A stretch of 64,000 nucleotides of DNA from positions 160,001 through 224,000 of the forward strand of contig JANNXA010000016.1 of assembly GCA_031409275.1 (NCBI GenBank). Reading direction: 5' to 3'. Below, piece after piece: positions 40,790 to 50,115 of this stretch. This DNA comes from Planctomycetota bacterium (GTDB lineage: Bacteria > Planctomycetota > B15-G4 > SIAN01). The position numbers and the translations under genes were made by a program. Under the pieces are notes generated by a model. The model had not been told where the DNA came from and did no database searches. It worked only from the letters and a program-made list of their open reading frames with translations. Numbering within the stretch: the stretch's first letter is position 1; each line of letters opens with the position of its first letter.

Positions 40790-40964
40790 CAGCCCGTTGG
40801 AGAAGTCACCGCGAGTCTGACGAGCGGATTTCGAGTCGGGACGAGGAGGAGGTTCGAAGCCAACTCCCCTGTGAGTTGTCGAGTTGCGAAGCACGTCCTG
40901 ACTCCGACGAAGTACCGGCTTGAAAGACGCCGCCAGGCGACACGGGGAGTTCTCCAACGGGCTG
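40790..40964. mobile_element. 175-bp MITE with 15-bp perfect TIRs and GTAG target-site duplication
   Basis: CAGCCCGTTGGAGAA (40790-40804) / TTCTCCAACGGGCTG (40950-40964); GTAG at 40786-40789 and 40965-40968. Confidence 0.85.
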
Positions 40965-40987
40965 GTAGCCGCGAAGCGAGCGGCGCT

Positions 40988-42337
40988 TCATGGGTCGAGC
41001 AGTCCGCGGGAGAGCAACTCCTTCGCGATCGCCGCTCCGACCACCTCGTTGCCGAACACGGTCCAATGGCCGCTCCACACCTCGTGGAAGCGCTTCGAGC
41101 CGAGCGTCCGGAAGGCGTGGCGCACGTTGATCAACTCGACCTGACGAGCGTTCGCCCATTCGACGACGCAGCGTTCGTGCGCGTCCGGGAACGCGTCGAA
41201 CGAGCCCGCCTTGGCGGGAAAGTAGGCGACGGCGAAGCGGCTCCCTTGACCACGGCTCGAGGCGAGCGCTCGATCCAGCAGTCGCCGCGCCACTTCCCAC
41301 TTGGGCGAATGGGTCGTCAGCTGGTGGAAATCGTCGATGGCGCGTGCGATCAGTCCGGCTGCAGCGCTGGTCGGAAGCGAAAGCTCGAGGTGCTCGCCGA
41401 GCCGTTCGACCTCGATGCCGCGCGTTGCGCCGGCGCGCGGTGGTTCCGGCGCAAACAGCCTCAGGCCATCGCAGATCCCGTCGAGGGAGTCGTCCGCCCC
41501 ACCGAGCTCGGCCAGCTCGAAATGGGGCTTGGCGAAGTCGCGAAATGAGAGCGCGTTGCGATCGAGGTCGGGACCGAACAGGCCGAGCAGGACGAGGTCG
41601 GGTTCGTGTTGCAGCCCGCGCTGCTCGAGGCGCAACACTTGCTGATCGAGCCCATAGCCCATCACGCCGAAATTGAGCGCACGCACGGTGGCGTCCGGTG
41701 CGCGCCGCGCGAGAGCGGCGGCGAGCTCGCGCTCCATCACCGGGATCCACGCCTCCTCGTCGCGCACGCCTTCGCCGAACGTGAAGGAGTCGCCGATCGC
41801 GACGATGCGTCGCTCGTGCGCGGGCTGCGTCGCGGGGAGCTCGATGCCGCGCGCGCCGGCGGAGTTGATGGAGATGCCGTCGCTTCGATGTCCCGGTACC
41901 GGTTCCCAACCAAGCGCGTCATCGAGGCGATGCACCTGCAATTCACCCGGCACCGCCATCGCGAAACGAGCGCGCCACCAGTCATCCTCCGGCAGCAGCA
42001 GCTCGTAGCGCTGCGCGGGGTCGATCAGCAACACACGGGCGATCCCCTCCAGCGAAAGCCCCCCCACCATCAACATCACGGACGCCACCAGCGATCCGCG
42101 CGCAAGCCGGCGATCTCCGCGGCGACGCCACACGACGACGCTGGCACGGAACAGGCGAGCCGCTGCGACGGCCAGCAGCAGGGCCGCGATCCACGCCAGC
42201 AGCTGCGCGCGTCGACCCGGCAGCGGGCCGGCGGCCAGCACGAATCGGCCAAGCAACGGTGGCGTCGCGAAGACGGCCAGCGCGAGCAGAACGCTCGCGA
42301 CGATGGCCAGCAGGAAGGCGATGAAGCGCGCGAGCAT
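40988..42337 (-). CDS. Membrane-anchored SGNH/GDSL family protein
   Basis: Three N-terminal TMs; INSAGARG; AIGDSFTFG; NFGVMGYG; GHWTVFGN. Confidence 0.85.
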   Translation of the reverse strand: MLARFIAFLLAIVASVLLALAVFATPPLLGRFVLAAGPLPGRRAQLLAWIAALLLAVAAARLFRASVVVWRRRGDRRLARGSLVASVMLMVGGLSLEGIARVLLIDPAQRYELLLPEDDWWRARFAMAVPGELQVHRLDDALGWEPVPGHRSDGISINSAGARGIELPATQPAHERRIVAIGDSFTFGEGVRDEEAWIPVMERELAAALARRAPDATVRALNFGVMGYGLDQQVLRLEQRGLQHEPDLVLLGLFGPDLDRNALSFRDFAKPHFELAELGGADDSLDGICDGLRLFAPEPPRAGATRGIEVERLGEHLELSLPTSAAAGLIARAIDDFHQLTTHSPKWEVARRLLDRALASSRGQGSRFAVAYFPAKAGSFDAFPDAHERCVVEWANARQVELINVRHAFRTLGSKRFHEVWSGHWTVFGNEVVGAAIAKELLSRGLLDP

Positions 42338-42415
42338 CGGCCTTTTCCTATCCCGGGGCGATCGACAGTCAATCCTCGCGATTGCACGCCAAGCCACCTG
42401 AGGCACAATCCTCCC

Positions 42416-43990
42416 ATGATCGAGCTTCGAGACGACGCCAGCCGCGGCACGGACTGGCACCTGCGGATCGCTCCGCTCCTTTTCGCCGCGGTTGCGCTCG
42501 TCGCGCTCGCGCTCTTCCTCTGGTGCACGACCGCGCGCCTGCCATGGGGCTTCGAGCTCTCCAAGATGGAGGGCGGCTTCGTCGACCACGCGCGGCGTGC
42601 GGCGAGCGGCCTGCCGATCCACGCGGCCCCGACTTCGGAGTTCGCCTCGTTCCTCTACATGCCGCTCGCCCACCACGTGGCGGGTTGGTTCGTGCGCGCC
42701 GGCCTCGATGGCTACGCGGCGACTCGACTGCTCTCGATCGCCTCGCTGACGCTGGCGACCGCGCTCTCGACCTGGCTCTGCGCACGCGCGTTGCGACAGC
42801 AGTGGATGGCGTCGCTGGTGCCCGTTCTTGTGATCGCACGCTATTTCGACGTCGAGTGCTTCTACGACCAGGCGCGCCCCGACAACCTGATGTCGCTCTT
42901 CCTGGCGCTCGCCACGATCGCGCTGGCGCAGCCGCGCAGCGCAGCGGCCGTCGCGCTCTTCGTCGTCTCGGGGACGCTCGCCTTCTTCACCAAGCAGTCG
43001 TCGCTGGTCTTCCTGGCCGGCCTGCTCGGTTGGCACCTCTTCCTGCGTCCGCAGGTCGCGCTGATGGCGGGCGCGCTGCTCGCCGCGGTGGCGGCGCCGC
43101 TCTACTTCGTCCTCGACGGGCGCACCGGCGGCTGGCTCTCGAACTATGTGTGGAACATCCCGGCCACCCACCATTTCGACCAACAGGGCTTCATCGAGCT
43201 GGCGCGCGACGAGCTGCTCGGCGGCTTCCTCGTGCCAGCGCTGGTGATCGCGGGCGCGGCGATCGTGCTCGCGCGTCGGCTGCTCGCGCGCTGGCGCACG
43301 GGCCACTTCCGGTTCGAGCTGCCGACGGCGCCGGACGACCGCGTGCGCGAACTTGCGACGCACGCCCTCTTCTCGGGTGCGCTCGGCGGTCTGGCCTTCT
43401 CGCTGGCGAGCTCGACGCAGGTGCTGGCGGTGAAGAACGTCTGGGTCTCGTGCGCGGTGGCGAGCGCGCCGTTCCTGCCGATCGCGATCGAGCGGGCCAT
43501 CGCGGCGCTGGCGCCGGCGCGGAAGACGGCTGGCTCGCAGGCAGCCTGGCTCGCGCTGACGGCGTGCGTCGCGCTCGGCTTCACCGATCCGCGTCCCTTC
43601 CGGCCAACCGAGGCCGACGCGCAGGAGTGGCGCGCGCTGCACGCCGAACTCGCGAAGTACGGCCCGCGCGAGCGCACCTGGATCACCCTTCACGCGGCGA
43701 GCTACGGCGGGGTTCCCGAGGAACCCTACCACCTCCACTTCGGCGCGCTCTCCGACTTGATGGGCGGCTACTACGGCGACCCGACCGGCGTCGAGCTGCC
43801 GCCCGACCTCGTCGCGAAGGTCGCGGCGCGTTGGTACGCGGCGATCGTCATCGCCGACTGGGACCCCCGCATCCGCGCCGTGATCGGCGCGAGCTACGAG
43901 CCGGCGCCGGGCGGGCGCGCGTTTCGGCTCCCTTCCTTCAGCGGCCATCCATCGGGCAAGTCGGTGATCTGGGTCCCCAAGCGCGGCTAA
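42416..43990 (+). CDS. GT-C (ArnT/PMT-like) membrane glycosyltransferase
   Basis: KMEG after TM1; YMPL; RLLS; ARPD; FFTKQ; many TMs. Confidence 0.72.
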   Translation: MIELRDDASRGTDWHLRIAPLLFAAVALVALALFLWCTTARLPWGFELSKMEGGFVDHARRAASGLPIHAAPTSEFASFLYMPLAHHVAGWFVRAGLDGYAATRLLSIASLTLATALSTWLCARALRQQWMASLVPVLVIARYFDVECFYDQARPDNLMSLFLALATIALAQPRSAAAVALFVVSGTLAFFTKQSSLVFLAGLLGWHLFLRPQVALMAGALLAAVAAPLYFVLDGRTGGWLSNYVWNIPATHHFDQQGFIELARDELLGGFLVPALVIAGAAIVLARRLLARWRTGHFRFELPTAPDDRVRELATHALFSGALGGLAFSLASSTQVLAVKNVWVSCAVASAPFLPIAIERAIAALAPARKTAGSQAAWLALTACVALGFTDPRPFRPTEADAQEWRALHAELAKYGPRERTWITLHAASYGGVPEEPYHLHFGALSDLMGGYYGDPTGVELPPDLVAKVAARWYAAIVIADWDPRIRAVIGASYEPAPGGRAFRLPSFSGHPSGKSVIWVPKRG

Positions 43991-44018
43991 CGTGCCCCGC
44001 CACTTCTTGGGGAACGCC

Positions 44019-45539
44019 ATGGAACTGCGCGCCGCCTACGCCGAGTTGCTCCGCCGCTACGCCGAGGTGCGCGACCTCTCGGCCGTCGCCGGGCTGCTGT
44101 CGTGGGACCAGGAGACGATGCTGCCGCGCAAAGGGGCGCCGGCGCGTGCCGAGCAGCTCGCGACGCTGGCCGGCATTCGCCACGAGCGCTTCACCGATCC
44201 TCACCTCGGCGAGCTGCTGGAGCATTGCCGCAGCGCGCCGGGCCGTTTCGACGAGATCGAGAACGCGCAGCTGCGGGAGCTGCACACCGACTACGAGCGG
44301 GCCACGAAGCTGCCGAAGGAACTGGTCGAGCAGTTCGCCGCAGCGGAGAGCGCGGCGCTAGAGGCGTGGCGCGACGCGCGCGCGAAGAGCGACTGGAAGG
44401 CGTTCGCTCCCCATCTCGAGCGACTGCTCGGCTTGCTGCGCCGCAAATGCGACGCGCTGGGATTCGGCGCGCGGCGCTACGACGGGCTTCTCGACGACTA
44501 CGAGAGGGGCACGACCGAGGCGCAGCTCGTCACTCTCTTCGCCGACCTGCGCGCGCGCCTCGCGCCGCTCGTGGCGCAAGCGCTGGAACGGGCCGCCACG
44601 GTGGACGTGCGCTGCATGCAAGGCCACTTCGAGCAGGCCCAGCAGGAGCAGCTCGCTGATGCAGTCGTGCGCGCCATGGGCTTCGACCTCGACGCCGGTC
44701 GCATCGATCGAAGCTCGCACCCCTTCTGCAGCGGAATCGCCGCGGGCGACGTGCGACTCACGCGACGTTTCGTCAACGACGACCTGCGGCCGGCGCTCTA
44801 CGGAGTGATCCACGAAGCGGGCCACGGCCTTTACGAGCAGGGGATTCCCGCCGCACTGATGCGCACCCCGCTCGGCGAGGCGTGCTCGCTCGGCGTGCAC
44901 GAATCGCAATCGCGGCTGTGGGAGAACATCGTCGGCCGCAGCCTTCCGTTCTGGCGCGCCTTCGGGCCCGCGGCGGCGCGCTGCTTCCCGTCGCTCGCCG
45001 CGATCGCGCCGGAGCAGCTTTGGCGCGCGGCGAACCGGGTCGAGCGATCGCTGATCCGCGTCGAGGCGGACGAGCTGACCTACAACCTGCACATCATCGT
45101 GCGATTCGAGATCGAGCGCGCGCTGGTGCGCGGCGACCTCGCCGTGGCGGACGTGCCCGCGGCGTGGAATGGCCAGATGAAGGAGCTGCTCGGGCTGGTG
45201 CCGGCGAACGACGCGGAAGGGTGCCTGCAGGACATCCACTGGTCGATGGGCGCGCTCGGCTACTTCCCGACCTACACGCTCGGCAACCTCTACTCCGCGC
45301 AACTCTGGGAAGCGGCGCAGCGCGAGCTGCCCGACCTCGACGGCGCCATCGCGCGCGGCGAGTTGCAGCCGTTGCGCGAATGGCTGCGCGCGAAGGTGCA
45401 CGTCCACGGCCGCCGCTTCACTGCGAAGGAGCTGATCGAGCGAGCCACCGGCGCGCCCCCCTCCGCCGAACCGTTCCTGCGCTACCTCGGCGGCAAGCTC
45501 GCGGCCATCTACGGAATCGCGCCCCCCGCGAGCCGCTGA
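44019..45539 (+). CDS. Carboxypeptidase M32
   Basis: WDQET; HPF; HEAGH; HESQS; IRVEAD; GCLQDIHW; YFPTY. Confidence 0.95.
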   Translation: MELRAAYAELLRRYAEVRDLSAVAGLLSWDQETMLPRKGAPARAEQLATLAGIRHERFTDPHLGELLEHCRSAPGRFDEIENAQLRELHTDYERATKLPKELVEQFAAAESAALEAWRDARAKSDWKAFAPHLERLLGLLRRKCDALGFGARRYDGLLDDYERGTTEAQLVTLFADLRARLAPLVAQALERAATVDVRCMQGHFEQAQQEQLADAVVRAMGFDLDAGRIDRSSHPFCSGIAAGDVRLTRRFVNDDLRPALYGVIHEAGHGLYEQGIPAALMRTPLGEACSLGVHESQSRLWENIVGRSLPFWRAFGPAAARCFPSLAAIAPEQLWRAANRVERSLIRVEADELTYNLHIIVRFEIERALVRGDLAVADVPAAWNGQMKELLGLVPANDAEGCLQDIHWSMGALGYFPTYTLGNLYSAQLWEAAQRELPDLDGAIARGELQPLREWLRAKVHVHGRRFTAKELIERATGAPPSAEPFLRYLGGKLAAIYGIAPPASR

Positions 45540-45566
45540 CCGTCCGAACGCCGAGCGATCGGTCGA

Positions 45567-45663
45567 ACGACCGGGTGGCGTACGACCGGGTGGCGGGGAA
45601 CTTTCCACCGCCGTTCCCGCACATGGTGCGCGTTCGACGGTTGAAAGATCCCCGCCACCTGTT
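45567..45663. repeat. REP/MITE-like inverted-repeat element, copy 3 (almost no spacer)
   Basis: GGTGGCGGGGAACTTTCCACCGCCGTTCCCGCAC (45589-45622) then ...TGAAAGATCCCCGCCACCTGTT; ACGACCGGGTGGCG duplicated at 45567 and 45582. Confidence 0.85.
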
Positions 45664-45792
45664 CGGCGGCGGTGTGAACTACGGGATCTCCCGCTCCGAC
45701 TACGAGCAAATCCTCACCCGATTGTCCCGGCGCGATGAAGGTGACGCCTCGGAGCGGTCGAACGGAACGGCATCTACTTCTGGAGAGATGCC

Positions 45793-47085
45793 ATGGGTCG
45801 CTGCCGCCTCGCGTTCTGGTTTCCGACGCTCGTCGCATGGTTCGCGCTCGCCGCTGCGGCGCAAGCGCAGTTCACGCCCGGTGACATCTACGTCGCCTCG
45901 TGGAAGAAGACGATCTACAAGGTCGATCCGACGACCTGGGCCGTGTCGACGTTCGCCGACCAGAACGACGGCATCGACGGGGTCAGCGGCCTCCTCTGGC
46001 ACCCCAACGACGAGTTGCTGGTGCTGAGCTACTACAACGACACCGTGTTCAGCTTCGACGCCGCCGGCGTGGCCACCGCCAAATGGACAGCCGCCAATGG
46101 AATGAACGGCCCGTTCGGACAGAACGGCCTCGCGGCGACGATCGGCGGAGTCGTCTACCTCTCGAACTGGGACAACCGTGAAGTGCTCGACGTACAAGTC
46201 GGCGGGGTGCCCACCGTCCTCGCCGACGCGGTCGACGGCATCGTGCACGCCGACGGCTTCGTGCCGGGCCCCTGCAAGAACCTCTACGTCGCCAATCGCG
46301 ATGGCAAGAACGTGCTGCACCTGACGCCGGGCGGAGTCACCAACGTCTTCGACACCCTGCCCGATCAGCCCATGTCGATCGCGCTACGTCCCGATGGCTG
46401 CATCTATGTCGCGTGCCTCTACGGCGACGTCTACAAGTACGACCGCCACCTTGCCACGACGAGGCGCCGGCTGGTGAGCTTCGGCCGCAAGCTCGCGACT
46501 CCGGTGATCCGCTTCAACCGCGACTACACGCAGCTGCTGTTCACCTCGTCCGGCAAGGGCAACCTCATCGTGATCAATCCGGACACGGGCGCGCTGAACG
46601 AAGTGCTGCCGGCCGGCTCGCTCGGCTCGCCGCTCGGCATCGAGGTGGTCGGCGGCCACGATGACATCGGCATCTCCGCCTATGGCCATGACGAACGCGA
46701 ACCCGGCACCGGCGACATCTACCCGTCGATCGACGCCAGCGGCCATCCGGTCTTCGGCGAGACGCTGACGCTCGAGCTGCGCGACTTCGTCGGCGGCGGC
46801 CTCGTTTCCATCTTCACCGGTGTCGACGAGAGGCCTCAGACGCAGGGCAACGGGACCTTCTTCGTCGACCTGATGGGCGGCTACACGGTGCTCCAGCTGA
46901 CGGTCGGCGGTACGCCAGGAGTCGCCGGCGACGGCGACCTCGACTACAGCGATGACATCGGCGTCGATCCGCTGCTCGACTGCGTCGATTGGTATCTGCA
47001 GGCCTACTGCGATGACCCGACGCCGCTGAACAGCTACCGCGTCTCCCTGAGCAACGCGCTCAAGCTGACCACTCGCTCCTTCTGA
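45793..47085 (+). CDS. Secreted beta-propeller (NHL/SMP-30-like) protein with C-terminal beta domain
   Basis: Signal peptide; repeated IYVA/LYVA/VYLS blades; C-terminal YLQA..D..SLSNAL. Confidence 0.7.
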   Translation: MGRCRLAFWFPTLVAWFALAAAAQAQFTPGDIYVASWKKTIYKVDPTTWAVSTFADQNDGIDGVSGLLWHPNDELLVLSYYNDTVFSFDAAGVATAKWTAANGMNGPFGQNGLAATIGGVVYLSNWDNREVLDVQVGGVPTVLADAVDGIVHADGFVPGPCKNLYVANRDGKNVLHLTPGGVTNVFDTLPDQPMSIALRPDGCIYVACLYGDVYKYDRHLATTRRRLVSFGRKLATPVIRFNRDYTQLLFTSSGKGNLIVINPDTGALNEVLPAGSLGSPLGIEVVGGHDDIGISAYGHDEREPGTGDIYPSIDASGHPVFGETLTLELRDFVGGGLVSIFTGVDERPQTQGNGTFFVDLMGGYTVLQLTVGGTPGVAGDGDLDYSDDIGVDPLLDCVDWYLQAYCDDPTPLNSYRVSLSNALKLTTRSF

Positions 47086-47118
47086 GCGACGCGCGACCAC
47101 GGGCCGCGCGCCGCGACC

Positions 47119-47961
47119 TCAAGCGCGCGCGCGCGCCTGGATGAAGGAATAGAAGAAGACGGAGTTGGCGTCGCGCGCCACGCGGTCGAGTTCCACCTTC
47201 ATGCCGTCGACGACGTCCTGGCTCACCTTCTTCGCCGCGAGCAGTTGCGGCGCGCCGGAGAGCAGGAGTTCGGTCCAGTAGGAGAGGAACTCGGCCCGCT
47301 CGCCGGGGGCGCGATTGTCGAGGTGGAACGTCTTCACGAAGGTCTGCACGTCGTGGAAGCCGACCTGCTGCAGCAGGTTGCCGAGCTTCGCGCCGACGAA
47401 CGGATCGCCTCCGAGCTCGAGCTGATGGTCGTTGAAGGCCATCCAGTACTGCAGCGTCTTCGGGCTGTACGGGTCGATGAAGAACGTCGCGTTCAGCACC
47501 TCGTTGACGACGACGGGGGAACCGGCCAGCAGCACTCGCCGCAGCTCGGAGAGGATGCGCGCGGGGTCCGTGACGTGCTCGAGGATCCAGCAGAGGAATC
47601 CCGAGTCGAACTGCTCGCGCTCGAAGGGCAGGCTGGTGGCATCCGCTTCGGCGAGCTCGTAGCGCCCCTTCGCCCACGGCACGCTCTTCAGGAACCGGCG
47701 CGCTTCGGCGATCTGCGTGGAGCTGCGCTCGACGCACGTCACCTCCAACGACGGGAAGTGGCGCAGCAGGATCTCGGTCTGCGCGCCGACGCCCGATCCG
47801 ATCTCCAGGCAGCGACGGCGGCGATGGAACGGCAGGTGATCGTGCACCATCGGCTCGAGCACCAGCGCCTGCCGGCGCAGGCGCGCGCGCTCGCTTGCGC
47901 TGTAGCCGTGCAGGTAGCCGCGTTCGCGCGGCGCGGAGCGGGACGTCGTCTTGCGAGCCAT
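47119..47961 (-). CDS. Class I SAM-dependent methyltransferase
   Basis: YLHGY..RLRRQA; LEIGSGVG; DATSLPF; WILEHV. Confidence 0.88.
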   Translation of the reverse strand: MARKTTSRSAPRERGYLHGYSASERARLRRQALVLEPMVHDHLPFHRRRRCLEIGSGVGAQTEILLRHFPSLEVTCVERSSTQIAEARRFLKSVPWAKGRYELAEADATSLPFEREQFDSGFLCWILEHVTDPARILSELRRVLLAGSPVVVNEVLNATFFIDPYSPKTLQYWMAFNDHQLELGGDPFVGAKLGNLLQQVGFHDVQTFVKTFHLDNRAPGERAEFLSYWTELLLSGAPQLLAAKKVSQDVVDGMKVELDRVARDANSVFFYSFIQARARA

Positions 47962-47995
47962 CGATCCAACCTCTCGCGCAGCCTCGCGGCCGCGC

Positions 47996-48733
47996 TCACT
48001 TCACGCCGAGCAGGGCATCGGCGACCTTCTTCGGCGCCGAAAGGAACGGGCAATGGCCGGTCGGCAGCTCCTCGCACGCGACGTCGGCGCGAGCGGCCAG
48101 CGCCTTCAACGTCTCGGCGGGCAGCACGCGATCGTGACTGGCGATGAGCGCCGTGCGCGGGATCTTCTTCAGCAGCTCGGCGCTGGCGGTCGGATTGCCG
48201 GCGCCGATCTTCGCCGACTCGAAGGGCTCGGACGGTTGCGGGCGCACGCGCATGGCGGCGGCGGCCGCGATGCCTGGCACCACATCGTGCCAGAGGTAGG
48301 CGCTCGCTTTGGCGGCGTCGAGTTCGAGCGCCTCGCCGGACGCGCTCTTCTTGAAGCAGGCGCGGAAGCCATCGCTGAGCGGGGCCGCGGCGGCCACGCT
48401 CTTGAAGTCATCGCCGACCTTGGGCACCCACGCGGCGAGGTAGACGATGCTCTTCACCTTGGCCGCGGCGCGCAACGCCGCCTCGGTCACGTAGAGGCCG
48501 CCGAAGCTGTGGCCGACCAGCGTCCAATTGCGCCAGGCCCCGATGCGCTCGACCAGCCGCGCGACGCCCGCTTCGAAGGTCGCCTCGGACAGCGCCGTCG
48601 CATCGTCGCCCAACGCCGGCAGGTCGATCGCCTCGCATGCGACCGCGCGCCGCTCGAGTTCGAGCCGCAGCAGGTCGAAGCTCCACGCACCGTGCCAGGC
48701 GCCGTGGACGAAGAGGAATCGCGAAGAGGCCAT
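47996..48733 (-). CDS. Alpha/beta hydrolase
   Basis: FVHGAWHGAW; GHSFGG; GHCPF. Confidence 0.9.
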   Translation of the reverse strand: MASSRFLFVHGAWHGAWSFDLLRLELERRAVACEAIDLPALGDDATALSEATFEAGVARLVERIGAWRNWTLVGHSFGGLYVTEAALRAAAKVKSIVYLAAWVPKVGDDFKSVAAAAPLSDGFRACFKKSASGEALELDAAKASAYLWHDVVPGIAAAAAMRVRPQPSEPFESAKIGAGNPTASAELLKKIPRTALIASHDRVLPAETLKALAARADVACEELPTGHCPFLSAPKKVADALLGVK

Positions 48734-48825
48734 GGGAGGCGCGGAACGATATCGCGAAGCGGGCGGCGCGCGACGCATCACTCGTCGACGCGACTGGCTA
48801 CGCCTCAGCGCTATCCTCGCGCCGC

Positions 48826-50115
48826 ATGAGAATCTCGCTCGCCGTGCGCCTCGCGATCGCCTTCGCCGGCGCCTCGCTCCTCGCCCATGCGCAGGACGCC
48901 TCGACTCCGGAAGAGGTCGCGCTGACGGTCGGCCGCGACGGCCGCTCGATCGTGCGCGAGGTCCGCAGCGCACAGCTCGCGGGCGGCCGCTCGTCGCTGC
49001 GCGTCCTCGACGTGGCGCCACGGCTGCTGCCGGAGACGGTGACGCTGCGCGCGCTCAGCCAGCCCGACCTCGTGCGTCTGTCCGAGCAGACCGCGTGGTT
49101 CGAGGTGCTGAACGTCGAGAAGGCGCTCGAAAGCCTCGCCGGGCGACCGGTCGAGCTGCTGCGCTTCCATGAAGCGACCGTCGAGCGGCTCGAGGGCCGG
49201 CTCCTCTTCCCGCCCGTGGTCGGCAGCCCCGCGGGCGAGTTGAAGCTGCCGCTCTATCTCGAGCAGATCGACGGCCAGATCCGCCTGTTCGACGAGGCGG
49301 AGATCGTCCTCGACGCGCTTCCGAGCGGCGATTGGAATCGCATGCGACTCGACTGGCGCCTCGACTGCGACCGCGCCGATCGGTACCGCTTCGAACTGCT
49401 CTACGCGACGCGCGGACTGAGCTGGAGCTGCGACTGGCAGCTGCGCGCGAACGCCGAGGGGAGCAGCGGCGACCTGTCGGTCGTCGTTTCGGTCGTCAAC
49501 CAGAGCGGCGTCGCCTTCAAAGGGGCGCGGCTTGCGGTGCAGGATGAGACGATGCTCCATCCCGTCGCTGACGTCGCGACCTTGGCGCGCGAGGCGACGC
49601 TGCAGGTCGTGCTGGCGCAGCTGCGGGACGCCGCGCTCACGACGACGCCGACCTACGTGGTGCCCGGCATCGACGGCCCCAGCGACTCCACTCCGGTGGT
49701 GCGCCGTTTCGACTTCGCCGCCGATTCGGCGGCGCGCATCGGCCGCGCGCTCCCTGCCGGCAACGCGCAGACGATCGTCCTCGACGCGCGCAATCGGCCA
49801 TGGCTCAGCCCGACGACCGCAGTCGCCGCAACGCTGGGCGATGCGCTGCCGTCGTTCTTCGGCGAGCCGATCGCGGGAATCCGCGGCCGCTGCAACCAGG
49901 AGTCGACCGGGCCGCACTCGATGAGCTACCGCGTCGTGCTGACCAGCACTCGCGCCGACACGCTCGACGTCGACGTAGCGATCCCGCTGGCGACGAATGA
50001 ACGGATCGTCGAGCCGGCGATGCCGCAACGTCGCAGCGCCGACCACGCGTTCGTGCGCACGCGCGTCGGCAGCGCCGCGCCATCGACCGTGACGATCGTG
50101 GTGGACCGATCGTGA
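48826..50115 (+). CDS. Secreted DUF4139-like protein
   Basis: VREVR..V..PETV; LLYATRGLSW; VNQSGVAFKGARL. Confidence 0.65.
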   Translation: MRISLAVRLAIAFAGASLLAHAQDASTPEEVALTVGRDGRSIVREVRSAQLAGGRSSLRVLDVAPRLLPETVTLRALSQPDLVRLSEQTAWFEVLNVEKALESLAGRPVELLRFHEATVERLEGRLLFPPVVGSPAGELKLPLYLEQIDGQIRLFDEAEIVLDALPSGDWNRMRLDWRLDCDRADRYRFELLYATRGLSWSCDWQLRANAEGSSGDLSVVVSVVNQSGVAFKGARLAVQDETMLHPVADVATLAREATLQVVLAQLRDAALTTTPTYVVPGIDGPSDSTPVVRRFDFAADSAARIGRALPAGNAQTIVLDARNRPWLSPTTAVAATLGDALPSFFGEPIAGIRGRCNQESTGPHSMSYRVVLTSTRADTLDVDVAIPLATNERIVEPAMPQRRSADHAFVRTRVGSAAPSTVTIVVDRS

